Shown one piece after another: positions 29,928-39,300 of a stretch of DNA of 64,000 bases. Origin of the DNA: a virus (lineage: Duplodnaviria; Caudoviricetes); IMG/VR virus record IMGVR_UViG_3300031998_000064, positions 5,533 through 69,532 of that record; one strand, written 5' to 3'. A program made the translations under genes and the position numbers. The notes below the pieces were generated by a model. The model made no database searches. It was not told the DNA's origin and saw only the letters and a program-made list of their open reading frames with translations. Within the stretch, counting starts at the first letter, position 1. Each line of letters starts with the position of its first letter.

Positions 29928-30917
29928 TTAACTTACTTTAACAGGTGGTTCTTCACCATGTCTTAACCAATAATAACCACCTGAAATTATATTTCTATTA
30001 TTTAAACAATAATACAAAGAACGCATATTGTTTTCTTCACAAGCTTGTTTTTTAGAATCATATGATTTAATAAATTTCCAATTCAAATCGTATTGATCAA
30101 CTGGTTGTGTACATGCCAATTTAGTAGTATATTCATCGAATGGGTGATTATGTAATCTCCAAATATACCCATTAGCAATTCTTTTATCACCGTGGCATAC
30201 AGCAGATATTAATTTATAACTTATCCCAGTTTCTTGATTTGCAAAACGAGCGCTTTTAAATGTTTTAATATATTGGCCATCTTCGGTATACATATCTACA
30301 GGAACATTATATCCCCCTTTTAATTGTCTCCCTGAAGATTTTTTCCACTCTAATCCATCAGTAACACTTACCCATGTTTTACGAGTTCTAATATCGTTAA
30401 TAGTACGAGTGGATACATTATATTTTTGAGCAATATTTTCATCATAATCACCATTTTGAAAAGCTTTAACAATTTCTAAAACTTGTTGATTTGTTAATTT
30501 AGCATTGTGAGCATCTTCGCCTTTAGATGAAATTTCTTTAAAACGTTTACTTCGTTTTTCTTTAGATTTAATCAATTGTTCTTCTGTATAATTAATTAAC
30601 GTATTTCCACCCGTTCCACCAATAGTTTTATTATATCCAAAATTGCTATTAGTAGTATTAAATTGATTTATCCAATATTGTTCTTGTATGTTTAAAAAAG
30701 ATTGTTCGCATTCTTCAACAATATAAAAAGAAAAATTATTTTCTCCATATTTCTTCCATGACCTAATAAAATGTGTATTTTCTTGTTTTTCGTTTCCAGT
30801 ATTTAAATAATGTTTATGACTTTCCCAACGTTTATATATGTCAACACTTTGTCCGATATATTTTTTACCATTTATTATGTTTTCAATACAATAAATTCCA
30901 CATATTTTATCACTCAT
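29928..30917 (-). CDS. Free-standing GIY-YIG homing endonuclease with NUMOD/HTH repeats
   Basis: CGIYCIENIINGKKYIGQS...RWESH...EQYWI...GYN; C-terminal VDMY..DGQYIKTFKS and VDQYDLNWKFIKSYDS repeats. Confidence 0.85.
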   Translation of the reverse strand: MSDKICGIYCIENIINGKKYIGQSVDIYKRWESHKHYLNTGNEKQENTHFIRSWKKYGENNFSFYIVEECEQSFLNIQEQYWINQFNTTNSNFGYNKTIGGTGGNTLINYTEEQLIKSKEKRSKRFKEISSKGEDAHNAKLTNQQVLEIVKAFQNGDYDENIAQKYNVSTRTINDIRTRKTWVSVTDGLEWKKSSGRQLKGGYNVPVDMYTEDGQYIKTFKSARFANQETGISYKLISAVCHGDKRIANGYIWRLHNHPFDEYTTKLACTQPVDQYDLNWKFIKSYDSKKQACEENNMRSLYYCLNNRNIISGGYYWLRHGEEPPVKVS

Positions 30918-30952
30918 TTACAACCACGCCTTTCTACAATAAAATAAGTGGA

Positions 30953-31147
30953 CTACCTATTGGCAGTCCACTCTGTTAAGTATTTATCAAGTTTTTTATC
31001 TTTGATATATATCCAAAACAATTTTTGATTATTTGGATTTAAAGCTGCTATTTTATATTTCACGCCATGTTGATATAAAAAGTTTCTTAAATTAAGAGAA
31101 TAACAGCAATATATTATTTCTTCACCCAAAATAATCACCTCACTCAT
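30953..31147 (-). CDS. Small DUF5659-like protein
   Basis: CYSLNLRNFL...G...NPNNQKLFWIY. Confidence 0.5.
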   Translation of the reverse strand: MSEVIILGEEIIYCCYSLNLRNFLYQHGVKYKIAALNPNNQKLFWIYIKDKKLDKYLTEWTANR

Positions 31148-32349
31148 GATAATTCAACATTAAATATTGAATCAATTTCACCTTCATTGTCTGTAACAAT
31201 AATCGTTTGGTTTGCACGACCTGTTAATCTTTTTTGTATACAATAGTCATCACCAGATCCTGCTAAAGAACCGGACTGAATAACTTTTAAACCTTGTACT
31301 TCTTTATACATAGGGCTATGTTTATGCCCACAAAGAATTGCATACGGAAAACTACCTAATGCCATAACAAGCTTACTAATACTTGTGTCGCTTGTATCTG
31401 TCATATCACCATGTGTTAATACATAATCTTTATTGCGAACTTTAATCTTTGTTACAGTTGAATCAAGATTATTGGTAATAACTTGTATATTAGGGATATG
31501 CGATGTAACTTTTGAAACGCACCAAGTAATAAGTGAATCAAGTCGTTCGTCCTTAATATCTTTTGTTATATCCGCAATAATACGCGAATGGTTGCCGGCT
31601 ATACCAGCAACGGTAACATTAGTAAAATAACCAGCAAGTTCGGTTACAAAATTCGAAATTTCATCAATAGCTAATTTTACCTGATCAATTAAGTTTTCAC
31701 GATTTGAAACTTGAATACTGAGATGGTTATTTCCTGAAATTTCATCACCAAGCAAAAAAACATAAGCATCTGAAATGTCTCCGTAAAGATCTTTTATTTC
31801 GACTATTTTATCCATATACTCTTCAAGTCTTTGATGAGCTATCTCGCTATTATATTCACCCCAAGCACTTTGAAAACATTGGCCTAAATGTAAATCTGAT
31901 AAATTAATTAACATACATCTCTGACCATTATTTTCTATAGGCTTAAAAGTTAAAAATTCCTTACGTCCAATTGTCTGTAGCTGTTGAGCAAGATAATCCA
32001 TCTGCTGATCAAATCGAGCAGTAACATAATTCTGCGACTGCCAACACCTTCGCTCATCTCGATACGCAATCTTGAGTCTTTCTAATTCTCGCTTCTGTTC
32101 GAGATATCTCTTTTCAGCTTCGCCATCTGTCTCCTTACTGAATACCTCATCCTTAAACAGTTTGGCCTGCTGATACTTTTTCCTATACGCTGAACTCGTA
32201 TAGTACTCACCTTCGTCCCGAAGTTCCTTGTTCAGTATATCAGCAACCTCATCCCAAGTAATGTCTAACACTCCCGAATCTTTAGCGGAACATATGCGCC
32301 ATATATATTGGGTTTCGGTTTCTCCGGGTTGCCGTCTGGTATCAATCAT
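31144..32349 (-). CDS. Calcineurin-like metallophosphoesterase
   Basis: SDLHLG, LGDEISG, AGNHSR, THGD and GHKH motifs. Confidence 0.85.
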   Translation of the reverse strand: MIDTRRQPGETETQYIWRICSAKDSGVLDITWDEVADILNKELRDEGEYYTSSAYRKKYQQAKLFKDEVFSKETDGEAEKRYLEQKRELERLKIAYRDERRCWQSQNYVTARFDQQMDYLAQQLQTIGRKEFLTFKPIENNGQRCMLINLSDLHLGQCFQSAWGEYNSEIAHQRLEEYMDKIVEIKDLYGDISDAYVFLLGDEISGNNHLSIQVSNRENLIDQVKLAIDEISNFVTELAGYFTNVTVAGIAGNHSRIIADITKDIKDERLDSLITWCVSKVTSHIPNIQVITNNLDSTVTKIKVRNKDYVLTHGDMTDTSDTSISKLVMALGSFPYAILCGHKHSPMYKEVQGLKVIQSGSLAGSGDDYCIQKRLTGRANQTIIVTDNEGEIDSIFNVELS

Positions 32350-32531
32350 TAAACCTCTTCTTCAACCTTTGCCGAGGTTGATATATCGAATGGTGTATTA
32401 CCATAAGCCTGTTCAAGCTGTTCTGCAAGGTTAATCTCTTCACCATCTTCGTTTATAAACTTGCCACCATTTGCAGTTAAAAGCTTGAATTTTCCGCTAG
32501 TAGTTGTAACTTTTTTAAAATTCTCCATCAT
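32349..32531 (-). CDS. Small acidic phage protein (YonK-like position)
   Basis: About 60 aa, coupled upstream of the phosphoesterase gene. Confidence 0.5.
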   Translation of the reverse strand: MMENFKKVTTTSGKFKLLTANGGKFINEDGEEINLAEQLEQAYGNTPFDISTSAKVEEEV

Positions 32532-32544
32532 TTTTTCTCCATTT

Positions 32545-33165
32545 TTATACGATTTCTTCAAATTTTTTAACGATTTTTGCGATATGATATTTCTCGATTT
32601 CCTCTTTCGTTAAATACCAATCCTTCTTTCGATTCTTGTTAAAGGTAGCAGCATCAATTTCTGTATGAGAAAGAATGTAATCCTTCATCTCATCAAGCTG
32701 TCGCTGATAAGCCTTTTGAGCCTCGCGCACCTCCTCAGCATTGCCTTGGAAGGCAACGGATCCCTCATGAACAAGCAAACTGCTGTGCTCAAAGACATAA
32801 CGTCTTTTACCCGCAAGAAATAATAAGAAACCTGCACTCATAGCTGCGCCAGTTGCTATTGTTACAATAGGGATGCGACTTGATTCAAACAAATCACATA
32901 CGAAATTAGACTGACTTAAATCACCACCAAATGACATAATATATACATACAATGGTTTTAACTGATCTTCAGGTATATCCTTTTCCTCAACATTCATACG
33001 GATAATTGTCTTAGCAAGTTCCATTAATCTATAATCTTCTTCAACTTCATAGTCTATAAAGAAAACCCGACTCTTAGCCAATTTCCAGTATTCATATTCT
33101 TCAGGGCTTGGTAATGTCATATTTTTTATACCATCCGACATAATAAAAGCTTCAAGATCTTGCAT
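32545..33165 (-). CDS. clpP: ClpP-like protease subunit
   Basis: YIMSFGGD, ATGAAMSAGFLLF (catalytic Ser), LLVHE (His) and DWYLTKEE. Confidence 0.8.
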   Translation of the reverse strand: MQDLEAFIMSDGIKNMTLPSPEEYEYWKLAKSRVFFIDYEVEEDYRLMELAKTIIRMNVEEKDIPEDQLKPLYVYIMSFGGDLSQSNFVCDLFESSRIPIVTIATGAAMSAGFLLFLAGKRRYVFEHSSLLVHEGSVAFQGNAEEVREAQKAYQRQLDEMKDYILSHTEIDAATFNKNRKKDWYLTKEEIEKYHIAKIVKKFEEIV

Positions 33166-33168
33166 ATT

Positions 33169-33456
33169 TTATTCCTCCTCAGATAAAAATTCCTTCTTTG
33201 CCGTCTTAAAAAACTTGAACTTTGGTTCAACGTGTGCCGGAACAAACTTGGTTTTTCCATCAGGACAAGGCTTATCGATTGCCTTAAACTTTGTTAAGCT
33301 AAACTTGCCAAAGCCTGCAAGATAAATCTCTTCGCCACCCTTAAGTGTCTCAATAATTGTATCAAACATCTCATCAATAACAATTTCCATATCAGCCTGT
33401 GTCATTCCGCTGATTTTCTTCTGTGTTCTTCTGATTAATTCTTTTTTGTTAATCAT
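33169..33456 (-). CDS. hup: HU-family DNA-binding protein
   Basis: MINKKELI...LKGGEEIYLAGFGKF...VPAHVEPKFK. Confidence 0.85.
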   Translation of the reverse strand: MINKKELIRRTQKKISGMTQADMEIVIDEMFDTIIETLKGGEEIYLAGFGKFSLTKFKAIDKPCPDGKTKFVPAHVEPKFKFFKTAKKEFLSEEE

Positions 33457-33567
33457 ATCATTTTCTCCTTGTAATCATTATTCTGGAACTGTTTCCTTTT
33501 CCATCATATCTTGGATTTATTATACTATGCTACTTACCCCCACTTAAACGAGATAAGTAGCATACCT

Positions 33568-35194
33568 TTAATTTATCTGTTGTACAAAACAATCAAGAAA
33601 TGCTTGAGGATTAACCTCATACAGTGTTTTTAAAAGTATTGGTTTGTTAATATCTAACTTTGTTTTACTGTTCTTTGTTTGTTCCGGAATACGAAATGCT
33701 CTATTTATAAGCCAATACATTAGTCCCGAATAATTTTTTGTAATGCCAGTTCTCCTGATATCCTTTACTAATTCATCAAAATTGTTCATCAATAAAATAC
33801 ATCTATCACTAAACCACATATCATATTGATTTTTTTGTGTTATTTCAAATTCATTTAAATCAATCGCATATTTTTCAATCAGCTTTTCTATTTTTTCGCT
33901 GCGTCTACGAGTCTCTTTGTTTTCACAAGGCTTTAGAAATTGCTCGATGGGTATTGTAGCAATTCCGCTTTTATATTTATTCAACTTAAGTTCTGACATA
34001 TAATTCATAGGACATCTTAAGTTAGAATTTATTTTTTTCTCTAAACGCTCTCGATTTTCTTTTTTACGTTTTTTCATTTGTTCGATTGATCTATTTTTTC
34101 TTGTATCTTTTTTAACCACTTTCCAAAAGAGTGGCAGTCCATTTTGATTAATATCAAGCTGAGACTTTATATATCGGATCTCATTTGGTATATCCAACTC
34201 AAACTTTTTCTTCGCACTATCTATTGCAATCTGAGCAACTGTCGCTAAGATACATACAGCATCTTGATATTTTATATCATCAAAGTTGTAAGTATATGTC
34301 AGAGCTATCTGTGCAAGGTTTGAAGATTCACCAATAGATAATTGTGATGATGCAAGAATATTATCTACTGTAGCAAAATCTTTCGGGACATTATTATATT
34401 TATTCTTTTCTTTAGGTATCAGATTAACAATTGTCGGATACTCTTTGTAACATTTTCTTGCATGTTCAACTATATCAGGCTGATTAGTAGTATAGAACTG
34501 GTCGCTATCTTGATCGCTGCCATTTGATCTTTCCTGCATACAAGTATGAATCATATTTACGGCAATACATAATCTACCAAATTTGAAATATCTATCAAAA
34601 TATGGATGATAGTGATTATGCAAAAAATCCAAGTTGTTACGACTGTTGAATGGTGATCTGAATGATGCAAGAAATTCTTTATCCCTAAACTTTTCACACC
34701 AACATTGTATCGCATTTTCTTCAACGTTAAATGTTTCATCTTTTTCGATATCCTCACCTACCGCATGAAGCAACATGGCGTATGGCGAACCAACTATCGT
34801 TAAATTATCCGCATTTTGAATTACTTCACCTGACTTAAAAACATTAACGTATGATTCTATAATTTTTCTTCGCCTGTCCCTAAAGTAAGAACTATAAACA
34901 AAATCCGGATTATGCTCCGCAAGTGCAATAAGTACATCATAATCGTTTGCAAAGTTTACATTCTTCCTTAGGTATTCAAGAAACACCCGATTATCTTTTT
35001 TCAGCTTGTCTATATATATAACGCTTCTTGCCGTCACCTCTGGCATTGTATCTAAATCGAGAGCGTTAATCATTTGGTATGACATCCTCTGTACATCACC
35101 CAACTTACTTTCGTGTGTTGTTTTAACGATGCCCCATTTATTGTGGTTCTTACGTACCCATGATGCCCAATAATCAAAAGTAATGTTAAAATTG
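33568..35194 (-). CDS. YonO-like single-subunit RNA polymerase, exon 2
   Basis: The frame extends upstream of the ORF-track start to the predicted 3' splice site. Contains FRSPFN and GSDQDSD (DxDGD-type metal site) and AQIAIDSAKK. Confidence 0.75.
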
Positions 35195-36055
35195 CATTTA
35201 TTATCCTAAAGGCTCTTTATCCTTTAGTTCTTATGATTTCTCATAAGATTAGACTATATCATCACCTTCGGCATTATCCGTTCAGGTGTCGGATTTCGTG
35301 GATGGATTATTGCTTGACTGCTCACCATCTAGTCGTTGAACCTTCTGAATTACTTTAATGTCTTTCATTCAGAGTGGTATATGGTTAGCATAGAAAATAA
35401 TTAACAAAATTCAAAATGATAGCCTTTAACAAACTGTTTGTTTCCATGACAGCATGATGATATTGCTGAAATTGGAATATTATATTTTTCAGATGCTTCT
35501 TTTTGACTATTTAATGTTTCAATAAAATTCATAAATTTGTCAAAAATATTAATAGGTTTCATTAATTTTTTAGCTCGTTTCCATTGTAAATCATTATATG
35601 TGACATTATTATACTGATTAGTACACCATTCAAGATTATCCATATGATTGTTTGTACTATCCTCATCTTTATGATTTACTTGTGGCAAATTATCAGGATT
35701 TGGTATGAACGCTTTAGCAACAAGTCTAGCAACTAAACAACGTTGTATATGTTTTGGATTGCTTAATGTAACCATTATTTGTAAATAATTATTACGATGT
35801 TTATTATATTGTTTTTGAAGTTTTAGTATTTTACCCGGTTTAAATTGCCATTTCCCTGTCGAATCTAATATTCTTCTATCTAAACTTCTTACTCGTCCAT
35901 ACGAAGATACTTCATATCCATCAAATCCATCAATTGGCTTCCAAATTTCATCTGAATTATAATTATCATTTTGCTCCATATTATTTTCCTTAGCCTTCCA
36001 CTATTAACCCGATGTTTTTAATTAATCATTTCTGATTAACTGGCCCAATTTGTTA
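35195..36055 (-). mobile_element. Group I intron (861 nt) carrying an HNH endonuclease
   Basis: Core motifs TTCAACGACTAGA and GATGATATAGTCTAA, and a P9 hairpin CTAAAGG/CCTTTAG. P1: exon UGGCU pairs with intron GGCCA with a U-G at the splice site. P10: AAATTG/CAATTT. Terminal G present. Splicing restores the frame MKWL/NFNITFDYW. Confidence 0.85.
35401..35979 (-). CDS. Intron-encoded NUMOD4-HNH homing endonuclease
   Basis: [20 protein letters not shown] (NUMOD4), [31 protein letters not shown] (HNH) and a C-terminal IENR1-like motif. Confidence 0.9.
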   Translation of the reverse strand: MEQNDNYNSDEIWKPIDGFDGYEVSSYGRVRSLDRRILDSTGKWQFKPGKILKLQKQYNKHRNNYLQIMVTLSNPKHIQRCLVARLVAKAFIPNPDNLPQVNHKDEDSTNNHMDNLEWCTNQYNNVTYNDLQWKRAKKLMKPINIFDKFMNFIETLNSQKEASEKYNIPISAISSCCHGNKQFVKGYHFEFC

Positions 36056-37002
36056 AGCCACTTCATCACACTTTCCGTACATATCAGCTTGATATCCTTA
36101 ACCTTAACATCCCTGCCAAACATATCCTTAACCGTTGCCGTATCATAATCGGTCTCAAACCTCTCACGCATAAACAATTCAATATTGGTATTGAACGCTG
36201 CACACTTGGTCATGTGGTTTCTAAGCAGGACATATCCATCGGCCCAATCGGGGAAGATGCTTGAATCAATCAAAGCTTGACCGTCAAATATACAATTTTT
36301 CAGTTGGTATGCATCCCTCTTTTTAGCAACACAGTGCTTGTCGGCATCCAACTCGATCGTTACCGCAGGAGCCGTCATGTACGAATCGACATCCTTAAGC
36401 ACAAGTACTTGGTCAGGATCAATCTCAATCGTTCCAACCATACCCGATGTAATGAGAGATTGGTATGCTCCAAGCTGAATTATCGGAGCATTCTTATCGG
36501 GAAGCTTTATATTCATAGTCAAAAATTCATGTGCCTTATCATAAAGCGAATCTCGGATGAACATACACGTTCCTTTTTTGGCCTTGCCCGGAGTCCTATA
36601 TAACATTTTATAATGGATCTCAGTATCCTTATATTTGACTGTCACTCCGTCTTCGTAAAAGATTTCTCTCAAGCGTTCCTTTTTTATCTCGATACATTTA
36701 TCTTTGTTTTTTTCGATATTGTCAAGGATCTCCGTAGCCTTATCCTCAGCATATATCTTGGGTATCTTCTCCGTTAGTTCTTTATACCCCTTGGTTTTAT
36801 ATGAGAATGCAAGACATATTATATCTCTTGAACTCCCGTCTTTGCGAACTTCCATGCCTGATTCGACCAAGAAATCTTTAAATAGGCTGTTCGACAGCAT
36901 CGCCGTTTCCGTATCGGGATATTGCCTAAAACCCCAATAACATTCATACAAGCTCGCAGCTTCATAGTTTTTTATCTTTATTCCGTATTTAGACATCATC
37001 AA
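36056..37002 (-). CDS. YonO-like single-subunit RNA polymerase, exon 1
   Basis: YKMLYRTPGKAKKG, IFDGQALID and LLRNHMTKCAAF. 947 nt (315 codons + 2 nt) joins exon 2 in frame to give about 857 aa. Confidence 0.75.
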
Positions 37003-37153
37003 TCACCTCTGTAATGATGATATCCTTGATGTCCTCTACAAGTTCCGCAACCTCAGACATCCTTATGCCTACCTCTGTTCCAAATTGGACTAGGCGAGCT
37101 TCAATCTTATCTGTTAAATCATCAATTCTGGTCGGTTCATTTAATCCGACCAC
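36989..37153 (-). CDS. 54 aa acidic hypothetical protein, first gene of the left arm
   Basis: GTG start after an AAGGAG RBS; the stop overlaps the RNAP start. Confidence 0.5.
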   Translation of the reverse strand: MVGLNEPTRIDDLTDKIEARLVQFGTEVGIRMSEVAELVEDIKDIIITEVIDDV

Positions 37154-37188
37154 TAATTAATCACACTCCTTTCTCACCCTACGATTGA

Positions 37189-37217
37189 ATTTTATCATAA
37201 AGTCAAATTTTTGTCAA
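37189..37217 (-). promoter_or_regulatory. Sigma-A/70 promoter driving the RNAP gene (left arm)
   Basis: TTGACA-17 nt-TAAAAT with a TG extension. Confidence 0.8.
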
Positions 37218-37224
37218 TACCCTT

Positions 37225-37515
37225 TAATTAATATTTTGGTAATATATATATCAATATATTAAGATTAGTATATCTAGTAATTATATATATGATTAATATA
37301 TTATATATCAAATCATTATATATTATATTATTATATAAGATTAGATATATCTATATATTATATATTTATAATCTAATCATATAATTATGATTAAAATATT
37401 ATATATATAGATTATAGATAAAACTATAGTACTGTATAAGTTATAGTATATAGTGTAAATTTATACTTTACTAACTAAGTTATAGTTTAGTATATGTTAT
37501 AGTTTATTATTTTTA
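37225..37515. other. Extremely AT-rich TA-repeat tract at the point of gene divergence (candidate replication origin)
   Basis: About 290 bp almost free of G/C, with TATA/ATAT/TAGAT/TAGT iterations and no ORF. Confidence 0.45.
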
Positions 37516-38025
37516 GCGTTGACCATCGCACCATCGGTGCAAAAAGGTAATGTGTTACATATTACAAAATGGTGATCGGTTTGTGCGGTGTGTGTGGGAA
37601 AAGTTTGGCGGTTGGCTGTTGAGTGAATGGACAAAGAGGCGAGGTGCGAGTAGGGGCGATGTGCGTGTTGTAAGCAGAGAGAGGGGGTTCAACGATAAAA
37701 ATGGGTTAAAATGGAATGTGAGATTTATGTGCAGGGAGTGGTATTTTGATGTTCGGTGTGTAGATGGAATAGCTGTGATCCCCCACGGATGCGTGTCCGG
37801 GATGCCAGTTTTTAACAGCCCCTCACGGCTCAGCTCGGCTCCTCAGCTACTCCTCGGCTCTGAGTGGTAAAAATGACCATTTTCACCACCACACCATTTT
37901 TACCACCCCAAAATGAGATCAAAATTTTTGTGTCTATGATTTAGCTGTCATCGACACGGAGTGTGTGGCGGTGGCACCCACATCACATCACGTTGCCCCA
38001 CGGATAGGGGCGGAGAGGAGCGCAT

Positions 38026-38517
38026 ATGATAGACGCAAGCAAGTACACACAGACACAGGTAGCCGACAACGAGGTCACAATCGCAGGAGTAAGCTTCGGC
38101 AAGCTTACGGACACGGATGCAGAGCGCATAATCGCGATCATACGCGGTATGCAGTCGGGCGCAGAACCCGGGAACGCACGGACACAGGCACAGGCAAGCA
38201 AGCCCGAGCCTAAGCGTGAGTACGAACCCGCCACGGACGTTACGTTGCCCATCACGGTCACGAAATGCACAAAGACGCAGTTCGCGTTCACCCTCGGGTA
38301 CGGTGGCGGACGTGCAGGAGCAAAGCTCCTGATACGTGAGGCTGGGTTCGCATGGAACGCCGACCTTAAGGCGTATGCAGGCACACCTAAGCAGGCAGAG
38401 GCACTCGGACTTGCGCTTGCAAAGGGCAACGCCACACTCAAGGTGTCCGCAGCAAGCGTACAGGCAGGGCGCGATAAGGCGGCTGCAAAGGCTGAGCGTA
38501 AGGCGAAGAGAGCGTAA
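38026..38517 (+). CDS. GC-rich first gene of the right arm, basic Ala/Lys-rich C-terminus
   Basis: GGAGAGGAG RBS, 163 aa, terminator overlapping the stop codon. Confidence 0.75.
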   Translation: MIDASKYTQTQVADNEVTIAGVSFGKLTDTDAERIIAIIRGMQSGAEPGNARTQAQASKPEPKREYEPATDVTLPITVTKCTKTQFAFTLGYGGGRAGAKLLIREAGFAWNADLKAYAGTPKQAEALGLALAKGNATLKVSAASVQAGRDKAAAKAERKAKRA

Positions 38518-38534
38518 GCTCTCTCCCCTTTTTT
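38507..38534 (+). terminator. Intrinsic terminator
   Basis: AGAGAGC-GTAA-GCTCTCT followed by CCCCTTTTTT. Confidence 0.6.
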
Positions 38535-38547
38535 GTGTGTAATACAC

Positions 38548-38593
38548 GCGTTGTAAACCGGGATACGTGAGGTTCGACTCCTCACACAACGCT
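38548..38593 (+). ncRNA. Mini tRNA-like element (acceptor stem + T-arm)
   Basis: GCGTTGT-AAACCGGGATAC-GTGAGG-TTCGACT-CCTCAC-ACAACGC: perfect 7 bp and 6 bp stems with a canonical T-loop. Confidence 0.65.
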
Positions 38594-38637
38594 TTAAGAG
38601 TTACCGCTTGAGCTTTAGAGCGGATCATACACGGGTT

Positions 38638-38690
38638 ACCGTTCAGCCTTAAACGGTCAAGGGCTTGCAATTCCCGGTTGAAAATTGCAC
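38638..38690 (+). ncRNA. Structured element, possible pseudoknot (related copy at 44379)
   Basis: ACCG...CCTT/AAGG...TGCAATT...CGGTTGAAAATTGCAC. Confidence 0.3.
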
Positions 38691-38694
38691 ATTA

Positions 38695-39300
38695 TCACGG
38701 ATAGCTTAACGACAGTGCGACCAAGTAGGTTGTCGTTGAAAGCGCAACACGAAATTCGATTGTAACGGCGTGATTAGGTAGGCAAACATATAGTATGATA
38801 AACCGACATACGACTTAGACCTGCCAATCAAATCCGAGCCGTGTGAAAGGGGTGTGAATAGTTGCGTGAGTAGACCAAACAGACCGTGTACTCCACATAA
38901 GCGGTACACACGTTGGTAGCGGTTGGTTCCAAATTCAAGGTGTTCGTTTAGTGAACGGCACTCAAGATATGGGTAAGAGGCACGGATGAAGTCGGACGGG
39001 CGAGTGCAGGTGATAATGGTATCGCAGTAACAGGCTTCAAGCATCTGTCACTAAAAGATGTGTGATAGTCCTTGCGAGCAAGAAAGTGGTGTCGCGAGGA
39101 AAGGTCATATGGTGTGTTACGAAATAAAGTTATTGCGAGATAAACACGAAAGGGCGATTGGCTAAACCCAAGTAGTCATAAGGTCATCAAGTGCGGATGC
39201 GAATGGTTGAAAGGTGAGCGAGAGTGCAGGTTCGAAAGCCCTTACCAACGCACTGTAAGATTTGATTAGTTGTCAGCGTTAGCGTAAGTATCATCCGTTA
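38695..39300 (+). ncRNA. Large structured ncRNA, ROOL-like (about 600 nt; ends approximate)
   Basis: No credible ORF. Many hairpins (AACGACA/TGTCGTT, GTATG/CATAC, GTGTAC/GTACAC, CATCT/AGATG, TTATT-GCGA-GATAA). 5'/3' closing pairings (38697-38715 with 39270-39297). The blocks ACAGTGC..GTTGTCGTT, ATAAGCGGTACACACGTTGGTAG and AGCCCTTACCAA resemble ROOL RNA sequences as I recall them (not computed). Confidence 0.65.

Noticed and set aside
29928-30917. Group I intron around the GIY-YIG gene
   Set aside because: No P7/R-S motifs (such as GACTA or ATATAGTC) nearby, and the flanking ORFs look complete.
1114-36940. Numerous short plus-strand ORFs opposite the left-arm genes, and minus-strand ORFs opposite the right-arm genes
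   Set aside because: Antisense shadows of long, coupled, motif-bearing genes; no independent support.
37550-37870. 106 aa plus-strand ORF in the G-rich central region
   Set aside because: No RBS and an atypical Trp/Arg/Val/Cys composition driven by the GT-rich DNA; treated as non-coding.
37948-38670. Long minus-strand ORFs (240 aa and 200 aa) and the 82 aa plus-strand ORF over the GC-rich gene
   Set aside because: Shadow frames caused by high GC. They lack RBSs, have Cys/Leu/Arg-rich nonsense composition, and overlap the RBS-bearing 38026..38517 gene and the RNA elements.
38706-39044. 112 aa minus-strand ORF inside the large RNA
   Set aside because: Antisense to a densely base-paired RNA, with no RBS and no protein-like features.
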